From the human T2T-CHM13v2.0 reference genome, Homo sapiens: DNA of 64,000 nucleotides. A program made the translations under genes and the position numbers. The notes under the pieces are model-generated. The model worked only from the letters and a program-made list of their open reading frames with translations. It made no database searches and was not told where the DNA came from. Shown here piece after piece: positions 15,172 to 30,616 of this stretch. The stretch lies in NCBI RefSeq assembly GCF_009914755.1, contig NC_060929.1; one strand, written 5' to 3'. The first letter of the stretch is position 1, and every line of letters starts with the position of its first letter.

Positions 15172-16354
15172 TAACTTTTTATATTACTGTTTATCATGAG
15201 TACGCACAAAAAACCACTTTTTGAATATCTTTTTCTCAGATTTTTAATTATTAAGAACAAGGCAAAAATGTGTATACATTAGGTAAAAACTGCCAAAGCA
15301 TGTCCAAAGAAGAAATAAAGTTCTGTAAATACTCAGAATCAACAGTTGAATAGGTATTCAGGTTTTCAGAGTTAAAAGCACAAATGCATATTTTAGTCTC
15401 TTTTCATTTTATTTTAAATATGACTATCCATAGAATGACTATTGCACAGTTTCATATAACTCCCTTATTTGTGTATTTAGTAACTGAGATTCATTATTTT
15501 TTAATTAGTACCTAAATAATTACTAGTAATCTGAAACTGATTTTCTTTTATGAGGGCAAAATGCTTTTTCTTTTAATAGGAAAAAGCAAAAAGGAAGTTA
15601 GTTTAAGTATTTTTTAAATAAAAGAAATTGACAAAATAAAAAGCATGTTAAATTTAATTGTAACCCTGATGTATGTAAAACCTTTATTAAAAATATTTTT
15701 CCAAAGTTCTTATTAAGCTTTAATTAGCTATTTGTATATATTACCTTACTGGCATTTTAAAAGTATAATTATTACATATTGTGTGGAAAGATTTAAACAT
15801 TCAGAAAATATAAAACTCAGTGCAACTATTTTTTCCTACTCTTCATGTATTATAATTCAGTCTTTTTGATAATTTTATATATATAGAAGGTATGATATTT
15901 ATATTACATTTAAAATTTAGTACAACTTTTATTAAAGTGTACATATTATTTATACAATGCTTTTTTCTTTTCTATATCTATACAGCTTACCCATTTTTGA
16001 GAAGGCTGCATTTTTTTCTATAACATGTATATGTTGTACTTTACTTGTCTATATCCCCATTAAGAGATATGTTGCTTCCAGGTTTCATTATTATAAATAC
16101 TGTTTCAGTGAACAGCTTTCAATATACATCTTTGTGCCCATGTGACAATAAAAGTATTTTTGTATGCATCTGCAAGTATAATAGTTATAGTGTCCATGCA
16201 TTTTCAATTGGGTAGTTGTTTCAAAATAGCCCTACATTTTTCAAATAATTCTAATTCAAAGGACGGCTCCCCTTTCAAACCTGGTAAATATTGAAGTCCT
16301 TAATGCTTTTGCCAGAATTAGGCTGAATTGACAGAGCACTGATATGTAGAAGAT

Positions 16355-16386
<32 letters not shown>

Positions 16387-18093
16387 ATTATATATATAAT
16401 ATATTATAAATATAATATATATATATAAAATTCTTAAAATTTAGCAAGTAACTGAACAACAAAAATGACAGATAAAAGAAGCAGGTCATGCATAGCCTAT
16501 CTGCCTGAGATTTATTTAACCCTTCTTCAGAAGAGGCTTTGATTCTTGTCTCTCTGTGTCTACCTATAGACAGCATTTCTCCCAGGAAGCTTGCCCTGAC
16601 CTCCTAGAATTGGTTATGTACCATTTATATATTTTTCATATTCCACTGTACATAACTCATAACAGAAATTATCACAAGGGAACAGCTGTGGTTTTATTGT
16701 TATGTCTAGCTATCCAGCTATCATCTTCACCAGACTGTAAGCTCCTTGAAGGCAGAAGCCAGATTTATCTTCATGACCTCTGTGTTTTAGATGAGGTCTC
16801 AGAGATAGAGGTCAGAATTTTCCCTCTAGGTAAATTAATTAGATTAACCTCAACTTATACAAAACAGTAGTCATTAAATTTATCCCCAGCCATCAGGAGC
16901 TTAACTACTCTGGAGAGAGAGCCAGGTGTTGGAGTAGGCAATTAAGACATCAAGACAAAAGGACATTAACAAACCTTTGAGGTTAAACTGGAAAAAGCCC
17001 TGACGGTCCAGTCCCCATCCTTTTTTTCCTTCATGAAACAGCTCTATCAAGGATCACATGGGTCAGCACAGATGTGGAGTTGTCTCACTATCAAAGGAAC
17101 CCTGAACAACAGGCTCCTGCAGTTTTATGGAAGGTCAGGAAAAGGCTGGGAGCGGAAAAGCACTGAGTATTGAATCAGAAGGAAGACAATTGTCTTCAAG
17201 ACTCCTCCTCCTCTCCCCATGAAAAGGAGGTCTTGGGCAAACATGCCTGGGGAAGGTCTGCCAAGGTCCCACAGTGGAGAGGCCTCCAGGGGAGGCACCA
17301 GTCAAGTGATGCTGATCTGTGTGTGAGCATGGCCCTGCAGCCCTTACTGAAACTGCCATTAGAGGACTATGCACTAGTGTGGGGAGGGCAGCTCTCCCTG
17401 TGGGACCCACTTGGTCAAGTCTTTGTCATTGTTTATGGATGGGCCCAAAAATCACATATAGGATTGAGTCTGGGGCTGAACTCTTTACTGCTCTGTCTGT
17501 ATTCCCTGTCTTGGTTGACACCTAATACATGACTAAGAAACTAAGAAATCATTTTAGACGTCGTTTTTGTGTCTGTGTTTTATGCTTTGTTGGCTTGAAA
17601 ACTTCATCCAATAAAACTTTAGTTATTTTTATTACCATTTCTTCCTTTATGACCCCACAGCATCCTCCATGTGCCAGGGTCCAAATCATCTTTAACCCGG
17701 ACTATTGTATCAGTACCCAAATATATTCTTTCATCAAAATATATTCTTTCTCTTCTCTGGCTGTAATCTCATTCATTTCCAGGCTACTTCTTTTCAAACT
17801 AAAAAGCAAATATAATCACACTATTCTCTTTCTTCAAACACTTTCCCAATTCCTAGAGTAAAATCCCCCTTTTATAACATATAAGGCCTCAGTGACCTAC
17901 CCTCAGGACTTCTTTAATTATTCTCCCATATTGTCCTATTATGTACCTGTTCCATCATCCTTACAACCCTCAGAACTCCCTAATCTGTTTTAATGCCACA
18001 TTGTTATGCTCTTAATTTCCTTTGATAAAATGATTCTTTCCATTCATAAACTAGTTGATTACCACAATTTCTTAAGTATTCTATTGAAGTTTA

Positions 18094-18470
18094 TCTTATT
18101 AGTCCATTTCACACTGCTATAAAGATACTACCTGAGAATGGATAATTTATAAACAAAAGAGGCTTACTTGACTCACAATTCCACATGGCTGAACTTATAA
18201 GTGAACTTATAATTAAACTTATAATCATGGTGGAAGGTGAAGGGAAAGCAAGGCAAGTCTTACACTGTGGCAGGTAAGAGAGAGAGCATGCAGGGGAAAC
18301 TGCCACTTATAAAACCATCAGATCTCCTGAGAACCCCCTCACTATCACAAGAACAGCATAGAAAACCACCCTTTTGAGCTAATCACCTCCCACCAGGTCC
18401 CTCCCCATGACACATGGGGATTACAATTCGAGTTGAGATTTGGGTGGGGACACAGAGCCAAATCATAACA
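18094..18470 (-). mobile_element. THE1/MSTA-type solo LTR
   Basis: tattagtccatttcacactgctataaagatactacctgag...gacacagagccaaatcataaca. Confidence 0.85.
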
Positions 18471-18841
18471 TGTATCTTCTTTGCCAAGATTTTCCTTACA
18501 ACGCAAAGTAGATTGACATATTTTAATTTCTTCCATCCCACCCCACCATAATATTCTTACCTCTATGACAGTGCTCATCAAAATTTGTAGCTATTATTTG
18601 TTTAAATGACTTCATTATGCTTCTTAAGAGGCATAAACTTTCTGCTATATTCATCTTTGTATGCCTGTCACACATTACATTGGCTGAGACAAGGTAAATA
18701 TTTAATACATATCTATTAAATAAGAAACTTAAAAAAATAAAAGAGTGAATGAATAACTGTATCTAGGAAGTATGAAAGTGACTTATCTTTTAGCATTTTT
18801 CATCAAGGAATTAAGAAATGTGTGGGGAAAAAGTTAAGAGG

Positions 18842-19641
18842 CCCCAGTTAAAATGGCTTTTATCCCAAATTCAGGCAATAACAAAAGTTGACGAGGATAT
18901 ACAGAAAAAGGAACCCTTGCACACTGTCAGTGGGAATGTACATTAGTATGACCCTTAAGGAGAACAGTCTGGAGGTTTCTCAAAAAGCAAAAATTGAGCT
19001 ATCATATGATCCAGCAATCCCACTCCTGGGTGTATAACCAAAAGAAAGGACATAGTATATCAGAGAGATATCTGCACTCCATGTTTATTTCAGCACTACT
19101 CACAATAGCCAAAATTTGGAATCAACCTAAGTATCCATCAAGAGATGAATGAATAAAGAAAATATAGTACATATACAAAATGGAATACCATTCAGCCATA
19201 AAAAACAATGAGTTCCTGTCATCTGCTACAATGTGGATAGAACTGGAGGTCATTATGTTAAGTGAAACAAGCCAGGCGCAGAAAGACAAACTTCGGATGC
19301 TCTCACTTATTTGTGGGAGCTAAGGCTTAAAACAATTGAACTCATGGAGATAAACAGTATAAAGGTTAACAGGCTGAGAAGGGTAGTGAGGGTTTGGGAG
19401 GAAAGCGGGGCAGACTAATAGGTACAAAAACATAGTTAGAAAGAATGAATAAGACCTAGCATTTGCTAGCACAACAGGGTGACTATAGTCAAAAATAATT
19501 TAATCGTACATTTAAAAATAACTAGAAGAGTATAATCAGATTGTTTGTAACACAAAGGATAACTGTGTGAAGTGATGGATATTCAATTTACCCTGATGTG
19601 ATTATTATGCATGTATCAAAACATCTCATGTACTCCATAAA
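18842..19641 (+). mobile_element. L1MA 3' end fragment
   Basis: ORF2 end and 3'UTR motifs (gatccagcaatcccactcctggg, gcacaacagggtgactatagtc, catctcatgtac). Confidence 0.85.
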
Positions 19642-19766
19642 TTTTCAAAAGAAGTATGTATAGCATAACGCTTAAAATAATATACTGTAATAGTCTACAA
19701 CTTGGCAAGAAATTAAGCTTTCGTTTATTTTTGTCACAACAGGTATACTACATGCAGATTAAAATA

Positions 19767-19813
<47 letters not shown>

Positions 19814-20909
19814 ATCTATTTTTTAAGGGCATTTTTCATAACCTTGAAATATAAACAATAAAAATTATGAAGCAATAATTTATTTTTTTTAAAAAATCCA
19901 CTTGCCAAACAAACAAGATACTCCTTCCAGGATGTCAGTAATATCAAGATAAAATGCCAGAGAATTTTAGCTCAGTATAGGAAATCAAACAGCTAATTTT
20001 TAACTTTGATGGAGGAGAAAATTAGATAAATTCTGAAAATTCATCCATTTATTTTTCTCTCTCCATATATGTTAACAACAAGCAAACACATTAAATCCTT
20101 AAATTTGGTTACTAAGTTCACAAATGTCATGGACACAGTGAGGTAATATTTACAGACTGAATACTGATTTACTATCCTTTGAGTTTATTTCTACATTTCA
20201 TAGAGTAGATGCTCTTTATAGATAAACTCTTTTGGAAAAAGTCCAGATAACTGGATAATTAACTATTAATATCACTTTTTGAAAATTAAATAGTAATATG
20301 TTTCTTCCAGGAAAAATTATTTAACAGGTTTTATTCAGACTACTAAGACATATGAAAACCTGACATTAACTCTTTGGTTTTCTAAAGATTCTCTTCAGGA
20401 AAATATGCCATCAGTCTTTCTAAATGTATTCAATTTTATCTCAGCAGTCTTGAGCCTCCATCTACATGATGTTAATATACCTCCAAACAGCCATTCACAT
20501 TTCTTAAGGTGATGAAATATGTATTACCTATAATATTCTTAACTATGTTATTGTAAGGCATATTTATCATGCCACATAATCCTGGGCGAAAATTGGATAT
20601 AATAACAATTCCCAAAAATGCCTCTTGACAAAGAGTTGGAATTCAACTTTTTTCTTCTACTGCTAAGGATGTTTGCATCATGTCTTTGGAAAAATGTATC
20701 TCATAATTGCAAAGCCCTAATTCCTGATGCTCCATTAACAATATTACTCAAGATATTGTTGCTGATGTGGCTGCTTATATTATTCCCAAGTGAATTTGTA
20801 GATATTTAGCAATAGCTGAGGCCATCTACAACGTAAATTCCTATCTATGTTACTCCTCTTGAGAATCTACTCTTGGTACATTTAGCAAAGGAAGACACTT
20901 TTAGCAACA

Positions 20910-21599
20910 CAGCAGTCCCCCCTTACCAGCGGTTTCACTTTCCCCAGTTTTAGCTATCAGGGGTCAATCATGTTTTGAAAAATATTAAATAAAAGTTATA
21001 GAAATAATAACTTTGAAATTGTGTACCATAACGTGATAAATTCTCAGGTTGTCCATCCTACTCCCTGTTTTCTTTATCACAAAAAGAAAAGTAGATAATA
21101 ATAAGGTATTTCAAGAGAAAGAGAGACCACATTCACATAACTTTTACTACAGTATATTGTTATAATAATTCTATTATTAGTTATGTTCATATAATTATTA
21201 GTAAAAGGAATATAATTATATTCCTATATAATTATAGAAGTATACTACTCCTATACATAAAATATTAGTATAACTAATATAATTCTATTATCATTAGTAG
21301 TGTTAGTTTAACTAATAAACTAATAGAATTATTAAACTAATATAATTAGCCTATTAGTTTAATACTACTCCCATAATGAGTATATTAGTTTAAACAAATA
21401 CTACTACTATAATAATTAGTAGTTTAACTAATAAACTACTATAATTATTAGTTAAATTTCACTATGCCTAATTTTTAAATTACAGTCTATTATAAGTATG
21501 TATGTGTAGGAAAAATAGTACATGTTTACTATCCACTGTTTCAGGCATCAACTGGGGGTCTTAATACATATCTTTTTACAGATAAGGGTGGAGCTACAG
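20910..21599 (+). mobile_element. Tigger4/MER46-type DNA transposon with internal AT-rich low-complexity tract
   Basis: Terminal inverted repeats cagcagtccccccttac.. and ..gataagggtggagctacag; TA-rich tract at ~21160-21460. Confidence 0.7.
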
Positions 21600-22949
21600 T
21601 TACCTTCCAAAAGGTAGTATTGCCACTGCCATTGTTGCCTGCTAATGTAAATTCCAAAGAAGTAGATGATTTTGGGAAGGGCAGAAAATAAAAATTTTCA
21701 TCAATATTAATGATTTTGCCATTAATGCAGATTACCATTGCCATAGTCTGAGAAGTGACATGAAACTTGAGATTGCTAGAGCTCATAGGACAGTAGAACA
21801 GTGAAGACATTGAGGTTTAAAGTGTTAATGTTATGAAGATAGCTAAAAACAGGACTTGATCAGTATAATCCTCTACCTAACACAACTTGGAATGGGGCAG
21901 AGAGTAAAGAAATGGACCTCGGTAAGGATGTGCATGAGCACTAAGAGATAGTGCTTGATGCAAGAGCAATAATAACAACAATAACCACAACAAAGATATA
22001 TTATTGGGAGCATTAGAGAAGAACAACAGAAAACTAAAAATGTTGTGGATGTTACCTCCAAGCAAGAAAATGGGACTAGGGACACAGGCCCTTTTTGTTT
22101 TTTGCTTGCACATTCTGTAATTAGAAAATGTTATTTTATAGACACACATATCAAATAATAGGAGAAAAAAGATATTTCATGTAAGATTAGTTTATTCTCA
22201 ATATTCTGAATTAGAATATTGGATTAAAACAATATTTAGAATGATAGAAGCTGGATTAAAACAACTTTAAAACAAGCATTTGTACTGCATTGACATCTCT
22301 ATACAAGTTGCTGTCATACTAGTTGAGAAGAGCTTGGGGACCTGGACTTGGGAGATTTAATGGACCGATAAAATTACTCAGAGGGGTAACCTTATAAAGA
22401 ATTCTGAAACCAAGAATTTGGAAGTCTAAGAAAAGAAGGGACAACAATGCAAGTTGTCCAACCAAAACCTCTCTTCCCTACTTTCTTGTTTCTGAATGCC
22501 ATTTTTGTTTGAAAGAGCAATGTGTCCTGCCAAATAACTACAATGCCCAGTCTCCTTGCCCTTGTGGCTGGTGACATGTTATAGTCCTGTAGAAACATAC
22601 GTGGGCTGAAGTTCTTGAAAAGGACACTTTGTTCTTCAACTTCTCCCTTCCTGCCCTGATATAAAAACATGATAACACACTACTTATTACTCTAAATATG
22701 CATAACTTTTATATGCACTAGGAAGTGTATATATCAATACTTAGAGATACAATTTCAGAAATGGTCAAATTAAAGAAAACAAGTTAAAAGTTTACAAGTT
22801 CTTATAATAATTATAGAGGCAAGATAAATTACAGATTCAATTTTTTAAACTAGTAATTTAATTAATCACATCATGGATAATGTTTAGAGCTAAAATTTAT
22901 TCTGTATTTACATAATTAATATTGTAATTAAAAACCACTGAGTATTTTT

Positions 22950-25191
22950 TGTTGCAACTGAATGTTGTGTCCCCTCAAAATTCATGTGATGAAAACTTAA
23001 CCTTCAGTATGATGGTAGCAGGACCTATAAGCTGCATATTTATAATGAACTTTGGGAAGTAATTAGCTTATTATGGTGGAGGCTTCATAAATTAGATTGG
23101 TGCCCTTAAAAATGACTCTTGAGAGCTCTTTCTGTCCACCATGTGAAGCTGCATTGAGAAGGCAGCAGTCTGAAACCCAAGAGAGCTCTCTCACCAGAAC
23201 CCAATTATGCTGGCACTCTGCTGTTGGACTTCCAGCCTCCAGAACTGTGAGATGTGCATTCCGTTATTTAAAAGCCACTCAGGTTATGGAACTTTATTAA
23301 AGCAGCCTGAACGGCTGAAGATGGAAATTGATCATGAGAAGTGGGAGTGCTGTTATTATAAATACCTAAAACAAAGTGAAAATGGTTTTGGGCTCAGTGA
23401 TTGGCAGAGATTGATGAGGTTTTATGCAAAATGCTAGATTACTGTGGAAGAAATTTAAAAGCCAATTCTCGTGAGGGCTCGGAAAGAAATATAGAAGAAA
23501 ACGCTGTCTTCTCAGAAAATAATTAAATAATCATGAACAGAATATTGATAAAATATGGACAGTAAAGGTCATTCTGTTGGAGTCTCAAATGGAAATGAAA
23601 ATGTTATTGGAAAATGGAGCAAAAGCAATCCATGTTGAAAAGTGGAAACAAACTTCTTTGAATTGTATTCATGCTCTTGTGTTTTGCGGAAGGTGGAACT
23701 TGTGTGCAGTGAAATTGGACATTTAACCCAGCAGATTTCTCAGCAACATGTAGAAGCAGCAGCTTGGTTCCTTCTGAATCCGTAGAGTCAAATGTAGAAA
23801 AAGAAAAAGGTTTGAAGATGGAATTGTTAAGGAAAAAGTAACCATAATTTAAGATCTGGGAAATTCTCAGCCTGTCCATATTGCAAAAAAAGTGAGAAAG
23901 TGTGTTCTGAAGAGAACATGAAGAGTGTTTCGGACCCTTACTGATTTGATTAATATGGGTGTGAACCACAGGCTTAATCAAACATCTCAACACAAACCAT
24001 GAATAGAAATGGGATTATACCAGGAGAAACACTGCCAGTTGGGACTAAAGGAAACAGAGATAATGGGACGAAATAAAGGAAGACATTCGGAATGCTTAAG
24101 CCCTACAGGCCCGGACCCGAGAGCTATTCAGTTGTGGATGTGTGCTATTCTCTCCTTCAAAATTACGGAAGAAGGGGCGCAAAGGGGATTTGGAGACAAT
24201 TACAGCTGCTGCTTTTACCAAAAATCCAGAGGGTATGGCAAGGTGGGCCAAGGTTGCCTCCATTTTGATTTCAAAGGACAGAAATGATGCTCAGAGGAGC
24301 TGTGTGGGAGGGCCATCCAGTGAAGCCCTGGGTGAGTGACCTCAGCCCTGACAAAAGACTGTGCCATAAGTGGGTCCAGTGCATAGAGTCAGCAGCGAGC
24401 AGTGCCTCACTGAGCTGTCGGGGACTGTCTGGAAGGTGAGTCATCAAGCCAAAGAGGATGCTTCTTGAACCTTAGGGTTTGATGGAGTTTGCCCTGTTAG
24501 GTTTTAGATTTACTTGGGATCCAGCATTCATATATTTTATTTTTTTCGAATAGTGGTTCTTTTTGGAATGGGAATGTTTATCCTATGCCTGTCTCACCAT
24601 TGTATTTTGAGAGTTCATGTTGTTTGATTCCACAGGTTCACAGATGAAGAGAAATTTTGTGAGAATGAACTGTACCGTGAAGCTCACCTGCATCTGATTT
24701 AGGTAATATTTAAATAAGACCTTGGACTTTAGACTGGACTTGAGGCTGGAATGAGTTAAGATTTGTGGATTTGTTGGAATGGAATGACTGCATTTTGCAT
24801 GTGAAGACATGAATTTTGGGGAACCTGGGGCAGAATGTTACGGACTGAATTTTTAAAGTGTACCCTCAAAATCTGTATATTGAAATCGTAACTGTCAATG
24901 TAATGGTATTAGTAGTGGGACCTTCAGGAGGTAATTAGGTTGTCATAGTAGAGGCCTCATGAATAGGCTTAGTGTTCTTATAAAAGGGACCTAAGAGAGC
25001 TCTCACTTCTTTCCCCATGTGCTTATACAAAAACCCAACAGTCTGCAACCGCAAAAGGGCCCTCCCCAAAACCAGAACATCCTGGCACTCTGACTTTGGA
25101 CTTCCAACCCCTAGAACAGTAAGAAATACTTTTTTTGTTATTTGTAAGCCACTCAATCTATGGTATTTTGTATAGCAGCCCAAATTAAGAC
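22950..25191 (+). mobile_element. MLT1A-type MaLR element with two LTRs and internal region
   Basis: LTR-like 22950-~23320 and 24836-25191 share ggcactctg..ttggacttcca.cc..cagaac..t.aga and aagccactca motifs; MaLR-int-like sequence between. Confidence 0.7.
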
Positions 25192-27399
25192 ACTCCTCTA
25201 CACTACAGTGTACACCACATTCTCCTGCCTCTTGGTATGCTTCAGTCACATTGAACTATATTTTGTTTACTAAACATGGCAAATTTATTACTGCACTATG
25301 GTTTTGCCATATAATTTTTCCTGTCTTTTCAAACAGAAATTATTTCACAGCATACGCAGCTATAGGCAATTATCTAGCTTATGTATAAAATTACTTTCCT
25401 GATATTTGTCTCATTTTTTGTTTTTAAATGTTTTAAATAAATAATAATTGTTTTGAGGGGTACAGTATTATGTCTTCGTATATATTTATGTTGTGGAATG
25501 ATTAAATCAAGCTGCTTAACACATCTCTTATGTCACATATTTATCTTTTTGTTGTGAGAACACTGAAAATAGACTTTTTAGCAATCGAAAAAAGGCAAAC
25601 CCTTAAAAGTAGAGAGTAGAATGCTAGTTAATGCTGGAGGCAAGGGATAGGGAATGGGGAGATGTTGTTCACAGGGTACAGTTTCAGTTAGACACAAAGA
25701 TTGAGTTTTAGAGATTGACTTTATAGCAGAGTGACTATATTTAAAAATGACTTCTTGTACATTTCAAATTTTCTATTTAAAATACACATAGTATCTGTAT
25801 TCCCAGTTCTTAAAACATGACCTATTAAATAACAGATTTGCAAGACTGAATGATTTTTTTTTACCTTGTCCTGATCTCTAGATTTTTTTTAAACTTTATC
25901 TCATTAATTGCTAATTCTCTCTTTATGAATGTTAAATACTTAAAATAGCACCAAACATAACTAAACAAAACAAAAACAAAATTTGTTTTTTATTTCAAAT
26001 GGCATGTTCCATTGCGTTCTAAGACTGGACTGTCTTGGAGATAAAGGAGACTTCATTATTTTATGTAATATTCCTTTGAGAAATCCTGAGCTTTGTGCAA
26101 AAATGACATACTTCATTTTTTTTTTGCATAATTTTGTCACTCCATAGAGCCCAGATCGAGTTCCTAAGTTCTCACTAAGGCACATGGGTCTAATTCCATT
26201 ACATTTTTGGCCTGTGTCAATTAATTTTCTTTTCTCAGATAATAAATTTACACTCCTATTCCACTTCTGAGCAGTTAGACATTTTCAGCATGGAACATTC
26301 TATTAAAATGAAATGGCAAATTGCCTTGTAGCACACACATTTTCAAAGAATGTTTTGTCTGATAATGTAGTTCTTATGAGTTTCTTTCCAAAGTAATCCA
26401 TTTACACAAAATACATTACTAATTTTGTGCATTTACAAACTACACATAATTTCAAAGTGATGTCATTGTTCCACAAATACATCTAGGTTTCAAAGTGATT
26501 GATTAAATTCTGTTTAAAATTTTGCACAGAAGTGCAGTATATAATCACATTTTATATCCCTCTGTGCAGGATATAGTTTTCTAAATCATACTCCGTTGTC
26601 AGGAGCATGTTCATCTTCCATACAGAACACACTGACTGAAAATAAGATCAAGTCTGCACATTTGGGATATAAATTTTTGAGATTACTGCTCTTGGTATAA
26701 TATATCTCTCTTGTACTTGAGCCTCTAGATCTTGCTGTTTTTAACACTTTTGTGCTTGCAAGATTTACGCTTCTGTATACTTTGTTTATATTCAGCAGCT
26801 AAGTATATTTTGTCCTGTTATCATGACTCAACCTGTGATTTGTTTCAAAAGTACAAGTAAGGTTTTAAACATAATTATAGTGTAATCTCTTTAAATTTTG
26901 CTGCATTATCACTCAGAATGAGAAAAATCTAAATTAAAAGTGTGTGCACATGTATACACATTGTTCAATATACAAACTTAGGTATCATGTTAGATTCATC
27001 ACGATTTGAAAATGAAATCTGATTATAATACTTGCAAGATGACTTACAAGTTAATATTTATATGTACACTTACAATTTTTATAATTTTTAAAACCATCCA
27101 ATATGTTAGTTTTCTTTGATTTCTAATGATAACAGTAGAAATATCTGGCCCTGGTTATCACATCTGGTTGTTATGATCAATAGAAACGATATATGCAAAA
27201 GCAAATACATTTTAAAACTTTTTAATATTAATTTTTATTGTTACATATTCTGAATAATGCAGTTTTATAGTTATTATTATAACATGACACAAATGGTAGA
27301 GATTTTGATGCCTACATTTTTAATAAAAATGTTCAAAACCATATTTCACAAGATGTATCATGCTGTAAGGTTGCAACAGCCCTCTCAAATAGAGTTCTG

Positions 27400-27579
27400 C
27401 CTTTCTCTTGCCATTTAAACTAATGCTATCTGAGAGTGCAACAGAAGGCCCTCATTACATGCTGGTATCTTGATCATTGACTTCCTTGCCTACAGAACTA
27501 TCAGAAAATAATTTTCTATTTTTTATAAATTACCCAGTCTCAGGTATTTTGTTACAGCAGCACAAAACAGACTAAGACA
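27400..27579 (+). mobile_element. MST/MLT1A LTR 3' fragment
   Basis: ataaattacccagtctcaggtattttgttacagcagcacaaaacagactaagaca. Confidence 0.7.
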
Positions 27580-27589
27580 TAAAGTGTAA

Positions 27590-27918
27590 AATTATCCTTC
27601 CATATTGCTGCAAGTGAAATGATGTTATTTTTTATAGCTGTGTAGTATTCATTGTGCGTGTATGTGTGTGTATATATGTATATCACATCATTTTCTTTAT
27701 CCAGTTATTTGTTGATGGACACATGTTGATTCAATATCTTTGGTATTATGAATATTGCTGCTATAAATAAATGAGTGCAAATATCTTTTTTGGTATAATG
27801 ATATTTTTTCTTTTGGGTATACACCCAGTATAGGATTGATAGAGTGAATTGTGGCTCTTTAATACTTGAAAAAATTTAAATACTGTTTTAATAGAGGTGG
27901 GACAAATTTACATTCCTT
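27590..27918 (-). mobile_element. L1 3' fragment (antisense)
   Basis: tagctgtgtagtattcattgtg, ttttgggtatacacccagta, aatttacattcc. Confidence 0.75.
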
Positions 27919-27920
27919 CT

Positions 27921-28738
27921 AATTATACTATAAGGCTATAGTAACAAAAACAATATGATACTGATATAAAAATGGACACAATACTCAATAGAGCAAAACA
28001 GAAATTCCAGGAATAAAGTGACAAAGGCACTTTGTCACTTTATTAGTGGATATTTATAAAGGGACCTACCTACAGTCAATGGATGTTTGACAACATTGAA
28101 AAAAACATACACTGGGAAAAGGATATCCCCTTCAATAAATAGTGCAGGGAAAATTGGAAAGCCACATGCAGAGGAATAAAACTGGGCCCCTATCTGTTGC
28201 CATCCACAAAATTAACTCAGGATGAATTAAAGAATTAAATATAATACCTGAAGATATAAAAGTACTCATAGAATACCTGGAAAAACTCTTCTAGACATTG
28301 GTCTTGGCAAAAAATTTGTGACTAAGACCTCAAAAGCAAATTTAGCAAAAACAAAAGTAGACAAATGGGACTTAATTAAACAAGAAAGTTTCTGCACAGC
28401 AAAAGAAATAACTGAGAAAACAGATAACCTGAAGAATGTGAGAAAATATTTGCAAACTATGCATCCAACTAAGTACTAATATCCAGAATCGACAAGAAAT
28501 TCAAACAACTCAACAACAACATAGATAACCCCATTAAAAAATGGACAAAGTACATAAACAGGCATTTCTCAAAAGAAGACATACTAGTGGACAGCAAACA
28601 TATGAAATAATGCTCAGTCTCATCATCAGAGAAATAAAAATTAAAAACACAACGAAATGTCACCTTATACTAGTCAGAATGGCTATTTTTTAAAAGTCAC
28701 AACACATCAGGTATTGATGAGAATGCAGAGAGAAGTGA
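27921..28738 (+). mobile_element. L1 ORF2 3' fragment
   Basis: tatactataaggctatagtaac, aaatgggacttaattaaac, ttctgcacagcaaaagaaat. Confidence 0.8.
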
Positions 28739-29173
28739 GTGAATCCTTATATAGTATAGGTGACATTTTTATTTATAGAATATCAAAATAGTTACTTAAA
28801 ATTCATTTGAATTATAAAATATTAAAATGTAGATTTATGAATACTTTGTACTTTCTAAAAGTTTAACCACAATAAAAATCCAAACTACCACTGTTGTGTC
28901 CATAATAATTCATAATTGTATGTGATGATGTTGAGAAATCTTCCTAAATATTAGGATGAGTCCCTCATTTATTTTAATGAAAATATCATTCTTAAAAGCA
29001 TTTCAAGGAATATAGCTCAATAATTCAACGAATAACATTTGCAAATTGATAATCCATGGTTCAAAGATGTCAAGATGAACTCAAAGTCTACAGGGATACC
29101 CTTTTGATTCAAGGAAATAATGTTACCCTAAATGAGAGAAGATAGGGAAGACCATGTCAAATGAATCACTTTT

Positions 29174-29551
29174 TGATGTGGTTTGGCTGTGTCCCCACCC
29201 AGATCTCATTTTGAATTTTAGTTCTCATAATCCCCATGTGTCATGGGAGGCACCTGGTGGGAGGTAATTGAATCATGAGGGCGGTTACCCTCCATGCTGT
29301 TCTTGTGATAGTGAGTGAGTCTCACAAGATCTGATGGTTTTATAAGGGGATTCCACATTTGCTCGGCTCTCATTCTTCTCCTTCCTGCTGCCATGTGAAG
29401 AAGGACTTGATTGCTTCCCCTTCCACCATGATTGTAAGTTTCCTGAATGTTCCCCAGCCGTACGGAACTTTTAGTCCATTAAAGTTCTTTTCCTTATAAA
29501 TTACCCAGTCTCGGGTATTTCTTCATAGCAGCATGAGAACAGACTAATACA
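29174..29551 (+). mobile_element. THE1 solo LTR
   Basis: tgatgtggtttggctgtgtccccaccca...gagaacagactaataca. Confidence 0.88.
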
Positions 29552-29559
29552 CACTTCAA

Positions 29560-30564
29560 TATTGATTTACATTTCTATGATCATCAGTGATCTTGAGTAT
29601 TTTTTAATGTTTGTTGGCAACCTGCATGTCTTCTTTTGATAAATGTCTGTTTATGTCATTTGCCTACTTTGTAATGACATAATGTGTTTATTTATTTATT
29701 TATTGGGTTCCATGTAGATTCTGGATATTAGTACTTCGTTAGATACATAATTTGTGAATATTTTCTCCTGTTCTGTAGGTTGCCTGTTTACTCTGTTGAT
29801 TATTTCCTTTGCTGTGCAGAAGATTTTTAGTTTACTTAGGTCCCATTTGCCTATTATTATTTTTGTTTCATTTGCTTCTGATGACTTAGTCATAAATTCT
29901 TTGTCAAGGCTGATATTCAGTAAAGTTTTCCTAGGTTTTCTTCTAGGAATTTTATAGGTTTTTACATTTGAGTATTTAATCAATCTTAATTTTTATATAT
30001 GGTGAGATATAGGAATCCAGTTTTATTCTTGTGTATACGGATATCCAATTTTTCTAGTATAATTTATTGAAAAAGGTATCCTTTCCACATTGTTTATTTG
30101 TGCACGCTTTGTTGAAGATTAGTTGGTTGTAGGTATGTGGCTTTATTTCTTGGTTCTCTATTTAATTTTATTAAACTATGTATCTGTTTTTGTATTGGTA
30201 CCATGCTGTTCTTGTTACTATAGGTTTGTAGTATAATTTGAAATGGGGTGAAGTGCTGACTCCAACTTTGTTCTTTTTGCTTAGAATTGCTTTGGCTATC
30301 TGGGTCATTTTTTCAATTCAGGATTTCATATACACTTTGGGATTGTTGTTTTCTAATTCTGTGAAAAATGACATTGGTAGTTTGATAGAAATTGCACTGA
30401 ATCTTTAGATTGCTTTGGACACCATGGTCATTTTTAATTTTTTTTAATCCATGAACATGGGATATTTTTCCATTAGTTTGTTTTATTTCAGGTTTCTTCC
30501 ACCCATCTTTTGTAGTTCTTATTGTAGAAATATTTTACCTCCTTGGTTAAACGTATTTCTCAGT

Positions 30565-30616
<52 letters not shown>

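Noticed and set aside
21160-21460. Quasi-palindromic AT-rich tract
   Set aside because: Low-complexity expansion within a Tigger4-type element; no long perfect inverted repeat seen
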